DNA of 64,000 nucleotides from Stegostoma tigrinum. Its lineage: Eukaryota. The stretch lies in assembly GCF_030684315.1 (NCBI RefSeq), contig NC_081399.1:9224113-9288112 (forward strand), in the 5' to 3' direction. The first letter of the stretch is position 1, and each line of letters begins with the position of its first letter. The notes under the pieces were generated by a model, which saw nothing but the letters and a program-made list of their open reading frames with translations, was not told the DNA's origin and searched no databases. A program made the translations under genes and the position numbers. Below, piece by piece: positions 38,068 through 51,084 of this stretch.

Positions 38068-38218
38068 GATAATGGGAACTACAGATGCTGAAGAATTCCA
38101 AGATAATAAAATGTGAGGCTGGATGAACACAGCAGGCCAAGCAGCATCTCAGGAGCACAAAAGCTCCTGAGATGCTGCTTGGCCTGCTGTGTTCATCCAG
38201 CCTCACATTTTATTATAT
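38068..38218. mobile_element. PLE-derived fold-back mini-insertion with 17-bp TSD
   Basis: TSD taggttgagcttactga at 38051-38067 and 38219-38235; hairpin around AGCacaaaaGCT. Confidence 0.9.
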
Positions 38219-38991
38219 TAGGTTGAGCTTACTGATTGTCATCTTTGGAGCTTCTTTTGCATTCATTAGCATGTCATGAGTACTCATTCACACCTCAGCC
38301 AGCTGGGATTATGTTCATAGACTCAATCTATTGAGGCAAAAATGGGAAGCAGATCCATTCACAAACATAATATATGTAACATCTGGTGGGTTGGACTTCT
38401 CCAAGCTAAAGTTAATTCAAACATCATTCGTTACCTAGTTCTTTCATAACTAAGCCATCATTTAGCATTAACACTTAGAGTGTTAAGATGAAGCCTCTCA
38501 ATGCTGTTCAGCTTAAGAGAAGCATCAATCATGTGCATCGTGGCTTCTTTCTGCTGAAAACCTTTTGATGTTAACAGTCACATTGGTTGAGGCCAGGAAA
38601 TCTGACCAGAGCATTTGAGCAGGGCTGCACTCAAAAATGAGTTACATTCAAGAAGTCACCATTTGCACTTGAGTCCCTGTCTCTGTGCACATTCTCCTTG
38701 TTGCGATGAAATGTCAGTGAGCTGCTGAGAGTTGTAGCTCCTTTTATATTTTGAGTGTGAGTCCTGCAAGATGTATGATGACGACAGTGCCATTGTGTTA
38801 TATTCGTAACTGCAGTGGCATGACAGAAATTGATTGAACATTTGGCATCTGATAGTGATTCCTGGCATCCACCTCTGCAGTGGCAATCTTACAATACTGC
38901 CTCACACTCTACAAATTCATTTACCGTGTTTTTTATATTCACACATTTAAGTACAGCACCCTCCTGCTTTGACCAACTCCTTCTCATAGTT

Positions 38992-40632
38992 AATAAAAAT
39001 GTGAGGCTGGATGAACACAGCAGGCCAAGCAGCATCTCAGGAGCACAAAAGCTGACGTTTCAGGCCTAGACCCTTCATCAGAGAGAGGGATGGGGTGAGG
39101 GTTCTGGAATAAATAGGGAGAGAGGGGGAGGGGGACCGAAGATGGAGAGAAAAGAAGATAGGTGGAGAGAGTATAGGTGGGGAGGTAGGGAGGGGATAGG
39201 TCAGACCAGGGAAGACGGACAGGTCAAGGAGGTGGGATGAGGTTAGAAGGTAGGAGATGGGGGTGCGGCTTGGGGTGGGAGGAAGGGATGGGTGAGAGGA
39301 AGAACAGGTTAGGGAGGCAGAGACAGGTTGGACTGGTTTTGGGATGCAGTGGGTGGGGGGGAAGAGCTGGGCTGGTTGTGTAGTGCAGTGGGGGGAGGGG
39401 ACGAACTGGGCTGGTTTAGGGATGCAGCAGGGGAAGGGGAGAGTTTGAAGCTGATGAAGTCCACATTGATACCATTAGGCTGCAGGGTTCCCAAGAGGAA
39501 TATGAGTTGCTGTTCCTGCAACCTTCGGGTGGCATCATTGTGGCACTGCAGGAGGCCCATGATGGACATGTCATCTAAAGAATGGGAGGGGGAGTGGAAA
39601 TGGTTTGCGACTGGGAGGTGCAGTAGTTTGTTGCGAACCAAGCGGAGGTGTTCTGCAAAGCGGTCCCCAAGCCTCCGCTTGGTTCCCCAATGTAGAGGAA
39701 GCCACACCGGGTACAGTGGATGCAGTATACCACATTGGCAGATGTGCAGGTGAACCTCTGCTTAATGTGGAATGTCATCTTGGGGCCTGGGATAGGGGTG
39801 AGGGAGGAGGTGAGGGGGCAAGTGTAGCATTTCCTGCGGTTGCAGGGGAAGGTGCCGGGTGTGGTGGGGTTGGAGGGCAGTGTGGAGCGAACAAGGGAGT
39901 CACGGAGAGAGTGGTATCTCCGGAAAGCAGACAGGGGTGGGGATGGAAAAATGTCTTGGGTGGTGGGGTCGGATTGTAGATGGCGGAAGTGTCGGAGGAT
40001 GATGCGTTGTATCCGGAGGTTGGTGGGGTGGTGTGTGAGAATGAGGGGGATCCTCTTTGGGCGGTTGTTGCGGGGGCGGGGTGTGAGGGATGTGTTGCGG
40101 GAAATGCGGGAGACGCGGTCAAGGGCGTTCTCGATCACTGTGCGGGGGATGTTGCGGTCCTTGAAGAACATGGACATCTGGGATGTGCGGGAGTGGAATG
40201 TCTTATCGTGGGAGCAGATGCGGCAAAGGCGGAGGAATTGGGAATAGGGGATGGAATTTTTGCAGGAGGGTGGGTGGGAGGAGGTGTATTCTAGGTAGCT
40301 GTGGGAGTCGGTGGGCTTGAAATGGACATCAGTTACAAGCTGGTTGCTTGAGATGGAGACTGAGAGGTCCAGGAAGGTGAGGGATGTGCTGGAGATGGCT
40401 CAGGTGAACTGAAGGTTGGGGTGGAAGGTGTTGGTGAAGTGGATGAACTGTTCGAGCTCCTCTTGGGAGCAAGAGGCGGCGCCGATACAGTCATCAATGT
40501 ATCGGAGGAAGAGGTGGGGTTTGGGGCCTGTGTAGGTGCGGAAGAGGGACTGTTCCACGTAACCTACAAAGAGGCAGGCATAGCTGGGGCCCATGCGGGT
40601 GCCCATGGCCACCCCTTTAGTCTGCAGGAAGT
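38992..40632 (-). mobile_element. Penelope-like element, 5-prime truncated (RT C-terminus plus GIY-YIG)
   Basis: KGVAMGTRMGPSYA...LRYIDD (40400-40636), CNRRKCYTC linker, LYIGE; terminal repeat with hammerhead core. Confidence 0.93.
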
Positions 40633-41165
40633 GCACAACTTCAACAGGAGCAGAAATAAAACTGTTTCTAATGAATGCACCTTAATTACTGTAACTTTAA
40701 AACCCAAAATACACGCACACAGATCCCAACTCAGACAGACAGAAGTTGAATGGTTTCACACATATGCAATAGGTGGATAAAAATATAGAGGCAGGGCGAA
40801 CAAAATTCTAAAAGTTAAAAGTCCAGACCACAAGGTGGAAAGTTTTTTTTCTCACTTTGCTTGATGTTAGTGAAGATGACGCATTGTTGTTTGAAGGGTG
40901 TCTGTCATCTTTCAAGTTGATCAGGTGAACGTAAATGTTTTCTTAGATGTGATAGCGTGAGGAAACACCAAATGAGTATCAGTGGAGATACAGTTGGACA
41001 CTGGATGAGTGTATTTACTAAGTGATATCTGGACGCAGCTGGACTCTACAAGAAAACAGTTGCTGAGTTATAGTCCAGGCATGCAGGGTAAACACCATTA
41101 GAAATACAGTCAGTAACACAGGGCGTTGGGGCGTTGCTTCACCTTGTAGCTTGCGATGTCACTGC

Positions 41166-42624
41166 CACCTCCTCAGGCCCCCTCACCCAGCACCTCCTCA
41201 GGCCCCCTCACCCAGCACCTCCTCAGGCCCCCTCACCCAGCACCTCCTCAGGCCTCCTCACCCAGCACCTCCTCAGGCTTCCTCAACCAGCACCTCCTCA
41301 GGCCCCCTCACCCAGCACCTCCTCAGGCCCCCTCACCCAGCACCTCCTCAGGCCCCCTCACCCAGCACCTCCTCAGGCCCCCTCAACCAGCACCTCCTCA
41401 GGCCCCCTCACCCAGCACCTCCTCAGGCCCCCTCAACCAGCACCTCCTCAGGCCCCCTCACCCAGCACCTCCTCAGGCCCCCTCACCCAGCACCTCCTCA
41501 GGCCTCCTCACCCAGCACCTCCTCAGGCTTCCTCAACCAGCACCTCCTCAGGCCCCCTCACCCAGCACCTCCTCAGGCCCCCTCACCCAGCACCTCCTCA
41601 GGCCCCCTCACCCAGCACCTCCTCAGGCCCCCTCAACCAGCACCTCCTCAGGCCCCCTCACCCAGCACCTCCTCAGGCCCCCTCACCCAGCACCTCCTCA
41701 GGCCTCCTCACCCAGCACCTCCTCAGGCTTCCTCAACCAGCACCTCCTCAGGCCCCCTCACCCAGCACCTCCTCAGGCCCCCTCAACCAGCACCTCCTCA
41801 GGCCCCCTCACCCAGCACCTCCTCAGGCCCCCTCACCCAGCACCTCCTCAGGCCTCCTCACCCAGCACCTCCTCAGGCTTCCTCAACCAGCACCTCCTCA
41901 GGCCCCCTCACCCAGCACCTCCTCAGGCCCCCTCACCCAGCACCTCCTCAGGCCCCCACACCCAGCACCTCCTCAGGCCCCCTCAACCAGCACCTCCTCA
42001 GGCCCCCTCACCCAGCACCTCCTCAGGCTTCCTCAACCAGCACCTCCTCAGGCCCCCTCACCCAGCACCTCCTCAGGCCCCCTCAACCAGCACCTCCTCA
42101 GGCCTCCTCACCCAGCACCTCCTCAGGCCTCCTCAACCAGCATCTCCTCAGGCCCCCTCACCCAGCACCTCCTCAGGCCCCCTCAACCAGCACCTCCTCA
42201 GGCCCCCTCACCCAGCACCTCCTCAGGCCCCCTCAACCAGCACCTCCTCAGGCCTCCTCACCCAGCACCTCCTCTTGCCCCCTCACCCAGCACCTCCTCA
42301 GGTCCCCTCACCCAGCACCTCCTCGGGCTTCCTCACCCAGCACCTCCTCAGGCCTCCTCACCCAGCACCTCCTCTTGCCCCCTCACCCAGCACCTCCTCA
42401 GGTCCCCTCACCCAGCACCTCCTCGGGCTTCCTCACCCAGCACCTCCTCAGGACCCCTCACACGGCACCTCCTCAGGTCTCCTCACCCAGCACTTCCTCA
42501 GGCCTCCTCACCCAGCACCTCCTCAGGCCCCCTCACCCAGCACCTCCTCAGGCCCCCTCACCCAGCACTTCCTCAGGCCCCCTCACCCAGCACCTCCTCA
42601 GGCCTCCTCACCCAGCACCTCAGG
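41166..42624 (+). repeat. 25-bp minisatellite, about 58 copies
   Basis: Unit cctcacccagcacctcctcaggccc with recurring variant blocks. Confidence 0.97.
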
Positions 42625-43219
42625 CTACAGGTAAGCCTCTGGATCCACATCTCTGGAACACCCAGAATGTCCATATTTGAATACAGCCTATGATGAGGTC
42701 AGAAATCACATGGCACCAGATTATAGTCAATAGGTTTATTTGAAAACACAAGCCTTCAGAGCCTCAGTCCTTCTTCAGGTGTAAGTGAAAGAGACAGTAT
42801 CAGATACAGAATTTGTAGGTAAAAAAGGTTTACATCATTGATGAGGATGTACGAACAAACCTAAGAAGCTGTTAAATCTTTAATCAGTTAGAAGATTTTA
42901 ATTGATTAATATGTATACGCAAAAAACTGATGAGCTGAAAGCCATTTTGAAAGTCCAGTAGTCCTGTTTTTCTGTCTCTGAACCAGAAACAGATGGCAAA
43001 GTAATTAGGATTGGAAGAAGAATGTTCCACGAAACCTACAAAGAGAAAGGCACTACTGGGAGCGATGCAGGTATCGAGGACCACACCTTTGATTCTTTCA
43101 AGTCATGGTCCTGAGAGAACGAAAGGTTTTTATCAGCGTAAAGAAGAGGTGACATTTTAGGTCAGACAATGCATGTTGGGTGTGAGGCCTTGTTCAGAAT
43201 CAACACCAAACTTCACACC

Positions 43220-46200
43220 TTGAAGTAAGCTGCCTCTCTCGCTTAGATGCACCTTGTGTCCGGCATTGGGATACCTGATGCCGTTTCACCTTTCCCCCAT
43301 TCCGCTCCAGGTCCAGGAAGATCAGGTTTAACCTGGTGTGGTAACTTGCCCCCATTAGCAACTTTATTGGAGCTGTCCCTTTATTTGCATGAGGTGTGGT
43401 CCAATAATCAAACAGGAACTAGGACAGTTTGTAGTTGATTGAAACAATAGATTGTTCCTTTAAGCCGGCCTTCAAAGTTTGAATGCTCTTTCCGCCAGAC
43501 CACTGGACAATGGAAGGTATGGAGCTATCCTTACATGCTGAGTGCCATTCAACTTTGGGAGATAGTTGAATTGTCTGTGGGTAAATGACGGCCCATTGTC
43601 TGTGACCAACACCTCCAGGAGTCTGCACATTGCAAAAGATACTTACAACTTTTAAATCATCATCCCTGTGTTTGATGAATGAACTCTACACGTGTTCTAC
43701 CACATTGAGTGGACATCCACAATGACTAAGAACATGGAAGCCATGAAAGGACCTGTATCATCGATGCATAATCAAGTCCAGGGTATACCCAACCATTCCC
43801 ATAGATATAGGGGAACTGCTGGTGGTGATGTTTGTCCTTATTGGCACTCTGGGTACTGGCCCACCAATGTTGCTACGTCGGCATCCAATCCTGGCCACCA
43901 GACATAACTTCTCAACAACATCTTCATTTTGGACACTCTTGGATGACTCTGATGGAACTAAGCCACTATCTGGCAGTGACCTTTGCTCAGGACAATCAAT
44001 CTTGCTACCCATAATAATATTGCATTCTTTACGGTGATCTCCTCTCACCAGGTCCAGAAAGGTTTCAATTCTGGCTGTGATGGCCCTTTCATTTCCCCAT
44101 CACCACCAGCTGGTTTGGTTTTGCCAGGGTAGGATCATTTTGTGTCTGCAGTCTGAAATTGTCAATGGTGATCATAAGGGTGTACAGAAAGTTTAAAATC
44201 AAAACAGATTTTTCTGGTGGAGCATTCACCAGCTGGGGTAGCTCAAGTAATCCACATTTGCGACTTGGTCTTCCGAATAGGTTTCCAACTTTTAATTGTA
44301 TGCATCAGAATAAGAGTCACTGCTGAATTTGACCTGAAGCTATGGGTAACTTGGATCTGCCCTTTTTAAGGAGCCCTAGCAGAGGTTTGTGGTCAGTTAC
44401 TATTACAAATTTACATTTGTAAAGAAATTGATGGAATTTTCTCACACCATAGATGACCACCAAACTTTCCTTCTCCAGCTGGGCATATCTTCACTCAGAA
44501 TCAGCCGAAGTCCAGGAAACACATGCTATCAGGCATTCCTCTCCATTTGGCCACCGGTGAGCCAAGACAACCCCAATACTATATGGGGAGACATCACATG
44601 CCAGCACCACATCTCGCTTGGGATCGTAGTACGCCAACATCTGAGATGATGAGAGCTCCTTTTTCATTTCCCTAAAGGCTACATCGTGTAAGCGAGACAG
44701 GATGGAGGCCAGGTTACATAGGAGTTTTCCATAATAATTCACCAACCCAAGGAAAAACCTAAGGTCTGGTGTGGATCTGGGAGCCAGGGCACGTTTGATT
44801 GCCCTCACTTTATTTTGCAACTGGTGTAACCCAGTCTTGTCAACTCTGTAGCCCAAGAAGATCACTTGGTATGCCTGGAACACACACTTTTCTCTCCTCA
44901 GGCATACACTCACCTTGGAGAAACATTTAGCACTATGTCCAAGTTCTCTAAATTCTCTTTATTCATCTTTCCGGTATTAGCACATCATCTAGATAAATGG
45001 CGACCCGGGTAGACCTTGTGAAATGTATTCCATCATCCACTGGAAAATGGCACAGGCTGATGATACCAAAAGACAGTCTCGTATGTTGTATAAACCTTTA
45101 TGTATTTGTAGCATCCTTCTGGGAATCATCATCTAATTGCAATCGCAGGTATTTATGGCTGACATCCAACTTTGTGAAGGACAGGCACCCCACCCCCAAA
45201 CCTCCCAGCCAGTTTTGCAACTTAAGTCCTCTATGCTAGGGACTGGGTATTTATCCAGCTGCAAAAAGTGGATTACCGTTTGTTTGAAATCCCTACAAAA
45301 GTGAACTGATCTGTTGGGCTTCACAAACAGTATGACAGATGCTGCTCGCACCACAAACTGGACTGGTTTCACGATTCCTTCTTTTTCCAGCCTGCTGATT
45401 TCTGTCTCTATCTTTGCCCATAAGGCAAATGGCACTAAGCGGGCCTTGCAGAATCATGGATTTCTTCTTGGTCAACATTTAAGGTGGCCTTGGCCCCACT
45501 GATAATCCCTAGATCTTCCTGATAAACTTCTGGGTATTTCATCAGGTCATCACTCGGGCAGCCATTTTGTAATTGAAAAATATTGAGTCAATCAAGTTGA
45601 ATCTTTCTCAACCAATTTTGCCCCATCGAGTTTGGGCCTGAGCCTTTTACTACAATCAGTGGTAACCGAGCCAGCTGCTTGTCCTAAGGGACTGGAATTG
45701 AAGTAGTACCCTTGATCTGTAAAGTTTCCCTGGTTTAGATTCTCAGCTTGCGTGAGGTCTCACAGAAACTTAAGAGTTGGAATTCAGAACAAACCTTAGT
45801 AAAGACTGGTTCCGCAATCACTGATACGGCCACGCTGGTATTGACCTCCTTTGAAGGTGACCATTTAGCTAGACGTTTATTTTGCTTGGTTCTGATTTGG
45901 ATGTTGTTGAGCAATTTAACTGTTCCAAACCAACTGTAGAAGGTTTTTCCAGAGCATGCACTCTCCTGGATACTGGTCTATGAGTTCTCTTACTGAATTC
46001 AGGCCTAGTGGGACTCTTTGCTGTATCACGTCCACATATCAGCAGCAACTACAATGGCCTGTTGGCCCAGACCCGGAAGAAAATTTTAATCATTTGGCCG
46101 AGGCTTGGCTCTGTTTTGGTGTCTTGCTGTGGCCTGACCTAGAGTCCCTCTGTCCTGAGGAGGCTGTTTAATTGCTTTCACTCAAGTGGTGTTCCCCCAG

Positions 46201-47001
46201 TTCAGCTGGCCTTGCAAGGATATCCACTTCTGTTGGAATACCTGGTAACTGTTAAGCTCCACTTCTGTATTTTCTAATGACAAAGCCAGTCGTAGTGTCC
46301 ATTTGAAGTCCAGATGGGCTGCAGTTGGCAGGTGCTTTTGCATATCCCACATACTTAACAGTGTCTCAGCATCTGTTAGGGTTAAACCAAAATCATATGC
46401 CTCTGCCACTTGTCCTAATCTTGTCAAAAATCCCGATACAAATTCCCCTGGTTTTTGAATTGCCAAATGAAACCAATAGCGTCGCAGAATTAGAGGAGGC
46501 TTGGAGTCAGAGTATTCCTGAGCTAAATCCATCAACTCTTGAAAGATTTAATAATCTGGTGCCACAACCTAGTTAAGCTTTTAACAAATGAAAACAATGT
46601 GGGTCCCACAAGCTGTCAGGAGAATTATTCACTGCTTTTCACCTCCCCCAATGTCATTTGCCCAAAACAATGCATTTTTTCCACATACTGGGCCCAGTCT
46701 TCGACAGGAGGATCAAACAACTAACTCTTCCCAAATAGTGGCATGATGCCTGAAATGTCTTTCTCTCATCACCACTGAAATAACTCTACAAATGCTGGTA
46801 GACTGTCACCAAGTCACCCTTTGTTTATGTATGCATAACATGCACCACTGGCCTAAGTAGCTCAAAGCAGGCTCCTAGAGTGTTCAGAACGCCTGACACT
46901 CCTGTTTATATTTGTAAGCCAGGGCTCCCTGATTGGACAAGAATAAAGCCCCAATCTGCAAACTCATATTCTATGAGGTCCACCTGGCTGCCCTCGTTAC
47001 A
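43220..47001 (-). mobile_element. Degenerate Ty3/Gypsy LTR retrotransposon (5-prime LTR ~46776-47001, PBS, gag-PR-RT-RH-IN)
   Basis: LTR TGTAAC...TTTCA followed by gtggtgatgag PBS-like sequence; gag MPLFGK..EDWAQY; RT VPFAL..IETEISRL and IYLDDV (~44990); RNase H LACDVSPYSIG; integrase RSYVWWP, GPF..SMFLVIVD. No 3-prime LTR seen. Confidence 0.88.
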
Positions 47002-47539
47002 ATCGCTATAGATAGAGAATGCGGTGAGTGCAGAAGAAATACAAAGGGTAAGTGAGAGATTTGAAGGATTTTTGTCAGAAACGAATACATCTCCTTTCTC
47101 TTTAAAGGTACTACACAAAGGGGCACATTGGCTACTCAACTCTCTTTGTTGAAGAAGGATTTCATTTTCACTCCAGAGTTCAATGAAAGCATAAGTGTTG
47201 GTAAATGAGAGAGTTAGAGTACATCCTTGTTCCATCTTACAAGGTCCAATTGGAGTGCAACTTGTTGTCTGCACTAGTGATAATTGAAATAGTTAAGAAA
47301 TAACCTGTGGATGCAGCTTATTTACTCCTGGGACTGATTTGGCAGAAATGAAAACCCATGGAAACTCCAGTTGAAACTAAAGACAGAACAGTTGCAGGAA
47401 CATGTTCTGAGCATTTTTCCGTGTTACGTTCAGAACAATGGCAAGACAAAGTCCATCACCAGAGGTATCTGTAATGCCACATGAAGGTGTTAGGGGAGCT
47501 GAAACTCTACATAAGAATAAGGATATTTCAAAATAAGTG

Positions 47540-49945
47540 TTTGGTACATCTTCATGGATTGAGACTCAGGAAGTAGATCCAGAGTTAAAACAGATAGCAC
47601 AGAAACCTCACACTGAAGCTGAGGCTGAATGAGTCCCAGAATGTTATTATGTTAAAAACAGAGGTCTGATGAGGAAGTGGAGACATTTTCACAGACCTGA
47701 AGGTGAAGAACGGACCACTGTTCAACAAATAATGCTCCTGTGCAGATATCATAATGAAGCATTGTGAGTAGAATTACTATGACAGGACACATGGGAATAC
47801 AGAAGATGCAGGCATGAAGGCCAAGACTTCATAAAGACGAAAAATAGGAGCAGGAGTAGGCCGTTTAGCCCTCTAGCCTGCTCCGCCACTCAATGCAATA
47901 GCTCATCAACTGACTCAGTACCTTGTTCCCACTTTCTCCCCACACCTTTTGATTCCTTTATCCCTAAGAACTATATCTAATTCCTTTTTGAAAACATTCA
48001 ATATTTTGGCCTCAACCGCTTTTCATGGCTGATCGTTTCAAAGGCTTATCAGTCTCGGGTAAAGAAATTTTTCTCATCTAAGTTCTAAACGGCATAACCT
48101 ATATCCTTAAACTGGTCACCCTAATCTTTGGGAATTTCCTTCCTGTCTTAACCCTGTCAGTACTGTTAGAATCTCATAGAGTTTTATGAGACCCTGCGTA
48201 CCCCACCAACCACTTCTCTTCCAAACTCCAGTGATTATAAAAACCAATAGAACTGCAGATGCCCAGAAATGGCTGTTCTGAGGAAGGGTCACCAGACTTG
48301 AAATATTAACTCTGATATCTTCTTCACAGACCTGCTGAGCTTTTCCAACAACATTGTTTTTGTTCCAGTGATTATAATCCTAACTAATCCAGTCTCTCTT
48401 CACATAGCAGCTTTGTCATTCCAGGCATCAGTCTGATAAAATCCTGCTCCAATTTTTGATTTTTCTGCACACAAGTTTTTTTAAAACTCATTATGGACTA
48501 CCAACTGAGACACAGCCTAACAGTTGTAATTTTAATTTTGTTTACAATTGAATGATTAAATTGAATTAAAAACATTGTTTAATATTTTCCAGGAAATCAA
48601 TAGTTTAGATATAAACAATGAAAGTCAAAAGTCTATCATCCACAATCGGGCAGAACATCAGACTTTCAAGAGCATGACTAACAGCTGACTTTCTTATTAT
48701 CTGCTACCAGAGGTTCAAAGGAATCTACCGGATTTTATCCGATTGAATTGATTGTGGTCATGTGATTTGAGGTCCATTTGAAACTGATTAGGGAGAAGCC
48801 CTTGACTTGATAAGGTGAACCTTTAATGTTAGATTGAGTCCATGTTTCTCAAAGGAGTCATAAGACTGTAATAAGTAGGGTAGCAGAACGAGAACATTTA
48901 GAAGTTCCATAAATGAAAGTAAGAGAATGGGCAGATAAACATTCATCACCCAGAATGCTCAAAATGGGAGATGAATTGTTGGTATTGTTGCCTTCGCAAG
49001 GTGAACAGCTGAAAGTAAAATTCAAAGGTAGTTTGAAGGGACAGTAAAGTAACTGATCTCATAAATACTCCTGATTGCAAGAAGATGCATTGATTATGTC
49101 ACATAAACATAAAGAAAAGGTAACATTTTAGACAAGAGGATGAGGAGAAGAAAGTGTGTTTAAAGGTAAGAAGGGCAGATATAATGAAAGTGAGATAAAA
49201 GGAGGAGAAAGTTCTCAAAAAAAAACCTTTTGCAATTTTATACACTAACACAGAAATACTGGGACCATTAGGCACCATGATCTCATAATTGGAGAAGGGA
49301 CAATGAATGTGAGGGTCCTGTTAGAGTGCTGAGGACGCGAAATAACTGCACAGAGGCCGGTATCCTGTCACTAAGCCGTCCTTCATTTAAAAACCAAAAA
49401 AAACTGCAGATTCTGTAAATCAGGAACAAAAACAGAATTTGCTGGAAAAGCTCAGTAATTCCGGCAGCATTTCAGGAAAAATCAGAGTTAAAGTTTTAGG
49501 TCTGGTGTCTTCACTAACAGCTATTCACCCTCCTATCCAAATCGTTATCAACTCTTTTGTTTGTCTAACTGTTCTTCTCTCTCTTTCTTCTCACCTATTA
49601 TTTACTTCTTACCCCCTCCCACCACTCTATGTTCTGCATCTAAACTGACATTTTCCTAGCTACCATCAGTTCTGAGGAAGGGTCACCAGATCAGAAACAT
49701 TAACTCTGATTCTTCTTCACAGATGCTACTAGACCAGCTGAGCTTTTACAGCAACTTCTGTTTCTCTTCAGGAATGACTAGTTAATCTGTAGCGATACTC
49801 CTAGTTGTAGTTCATTAGCTGAGCATGATGGCGGTGGAGGAGTCAGGACTGATTAAACAGCATGCTATTAGTTGAGGTCAGAAAAAGAACAAGCTCAGGT
49901 GGGAACAGAGATTCAATACGTGTTGGAAAACCACTTAATTGAGCC
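47540..49945 (+). mobile_element. Highly degenerate Gypsy fragment with integrase upstream of RT (Gmr1-like), interrupted by CR1 and PLE pieces
   Basis: QEVDPEL..VPECYYVK..GLMRKWR..GHMG (47560-47820), GDELLVLLP..LKVKFKG (~48965-49030), then IKQH...EIQYVLENHLIEP (~49850-49945). Confidence 0.6.
48241..48363. mobile_element. Short PLE-derived insertion with 14-bp TSD
   Basis: TSD tccagtgattataa at 48227-48240 and 48364-48377; contains ctgaggaagggtcaccagacttgaaa core remnant. Confidence 0.75.
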
Positions 49946-51084
49946 TATAAACTCCCACTTACATACTCACACACAGGTACACACAAGACATTAATTAAAA
50001 TGTGCTATGGGTACAGGATCGCAGTTCAGTGGTTCCTCTTCAGGGTTACTGAGGTGATTCTTGTCATTCTGGTGCTGGTCAGAACACTGTATCTCGTCCA
50101 TCCATCTCCAGATGCTTCCACTGCTTTGCAAGATGCACAGAAAGACTGGTTCACTTATGGAAGGTCTTTTACATATGAGTTAAAAGTCACAATTTGCTGA
50201 AGGAAAGATAAGCTGGTTTTCTTCAGGCAAAATGGGCTTTTATGTCAAAGAACATATAGACCTTCTGAGCTGGTAGAAACCTGATAACTCTGCTGTATCT
50301 TGTTTACAGCCCCAAACACATGGGTGTTGGAAAATGTGTCATTGATATCTGGCCAGTAGTCCACTGATAAATCAGCTACTTACACCAATCAAGAGTCCAT
50401 CAGTACGCTTCCCCTCAGCTCTCGTTCATTTGCAAACTTTAACCACTCCTCGAACAAGTCAAGTGACTTGCCTTCAAAACCTACAGCTATCCTTGGCTTT
50501 GTTAAAACAGTTCTTTTCTCATTTTAGCCCATGATGATAAATAAATCTGGTAAAAATAAAATTATACCGTCTTTACAGTCCATCACCCCTAAATATATAA
50601 AATACTATTTCAGAAATGTATTTCTTTACAAAATATGTGATAGACCAACAACAAAACATGAATTACAATACATTCACTCTTCCTTACCCCTTATACCACC
50701 TTATGCAATCTTAACATTTCTCAAGTCTTAATTTTACTCCAACATTTTACATGATTGTTGATTTTTTTGTCACATGTACTGAAATACAGTTTACGAGTGG
50801 TACAGGCAAATCATAGTAAGATCTTATCGTACGGATCAAAAAGACTCAGACAGAGGCATACTGGTTATATTGCACAGGGTATGTGCAAGGCGAGATCAAT
50901 GTTAGCAAGATGAGTGCTATTTGAGGCTAGAGAGTCCATTCATCAGTCTGATAATGGCCAGGAAGAAGCTGTTCCTGAATCTGCTCAGGCATGTTCAGGC
51001 TTCTGTGTCTTCTGCCTAGGAGATCATTACCGGGTTGCAATGGGTCTTTGACGATGTTGGCTGCCTTTTCGGTGCAACGAACCG

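Noticed and set aside
41134-42693. Three ~500-aa Pro/Ser-rich ORFs resembling mucin or extensin
   Set aside because: All three frames are open only because the 25-bp unit lacks stop codons; no splice or domain context.
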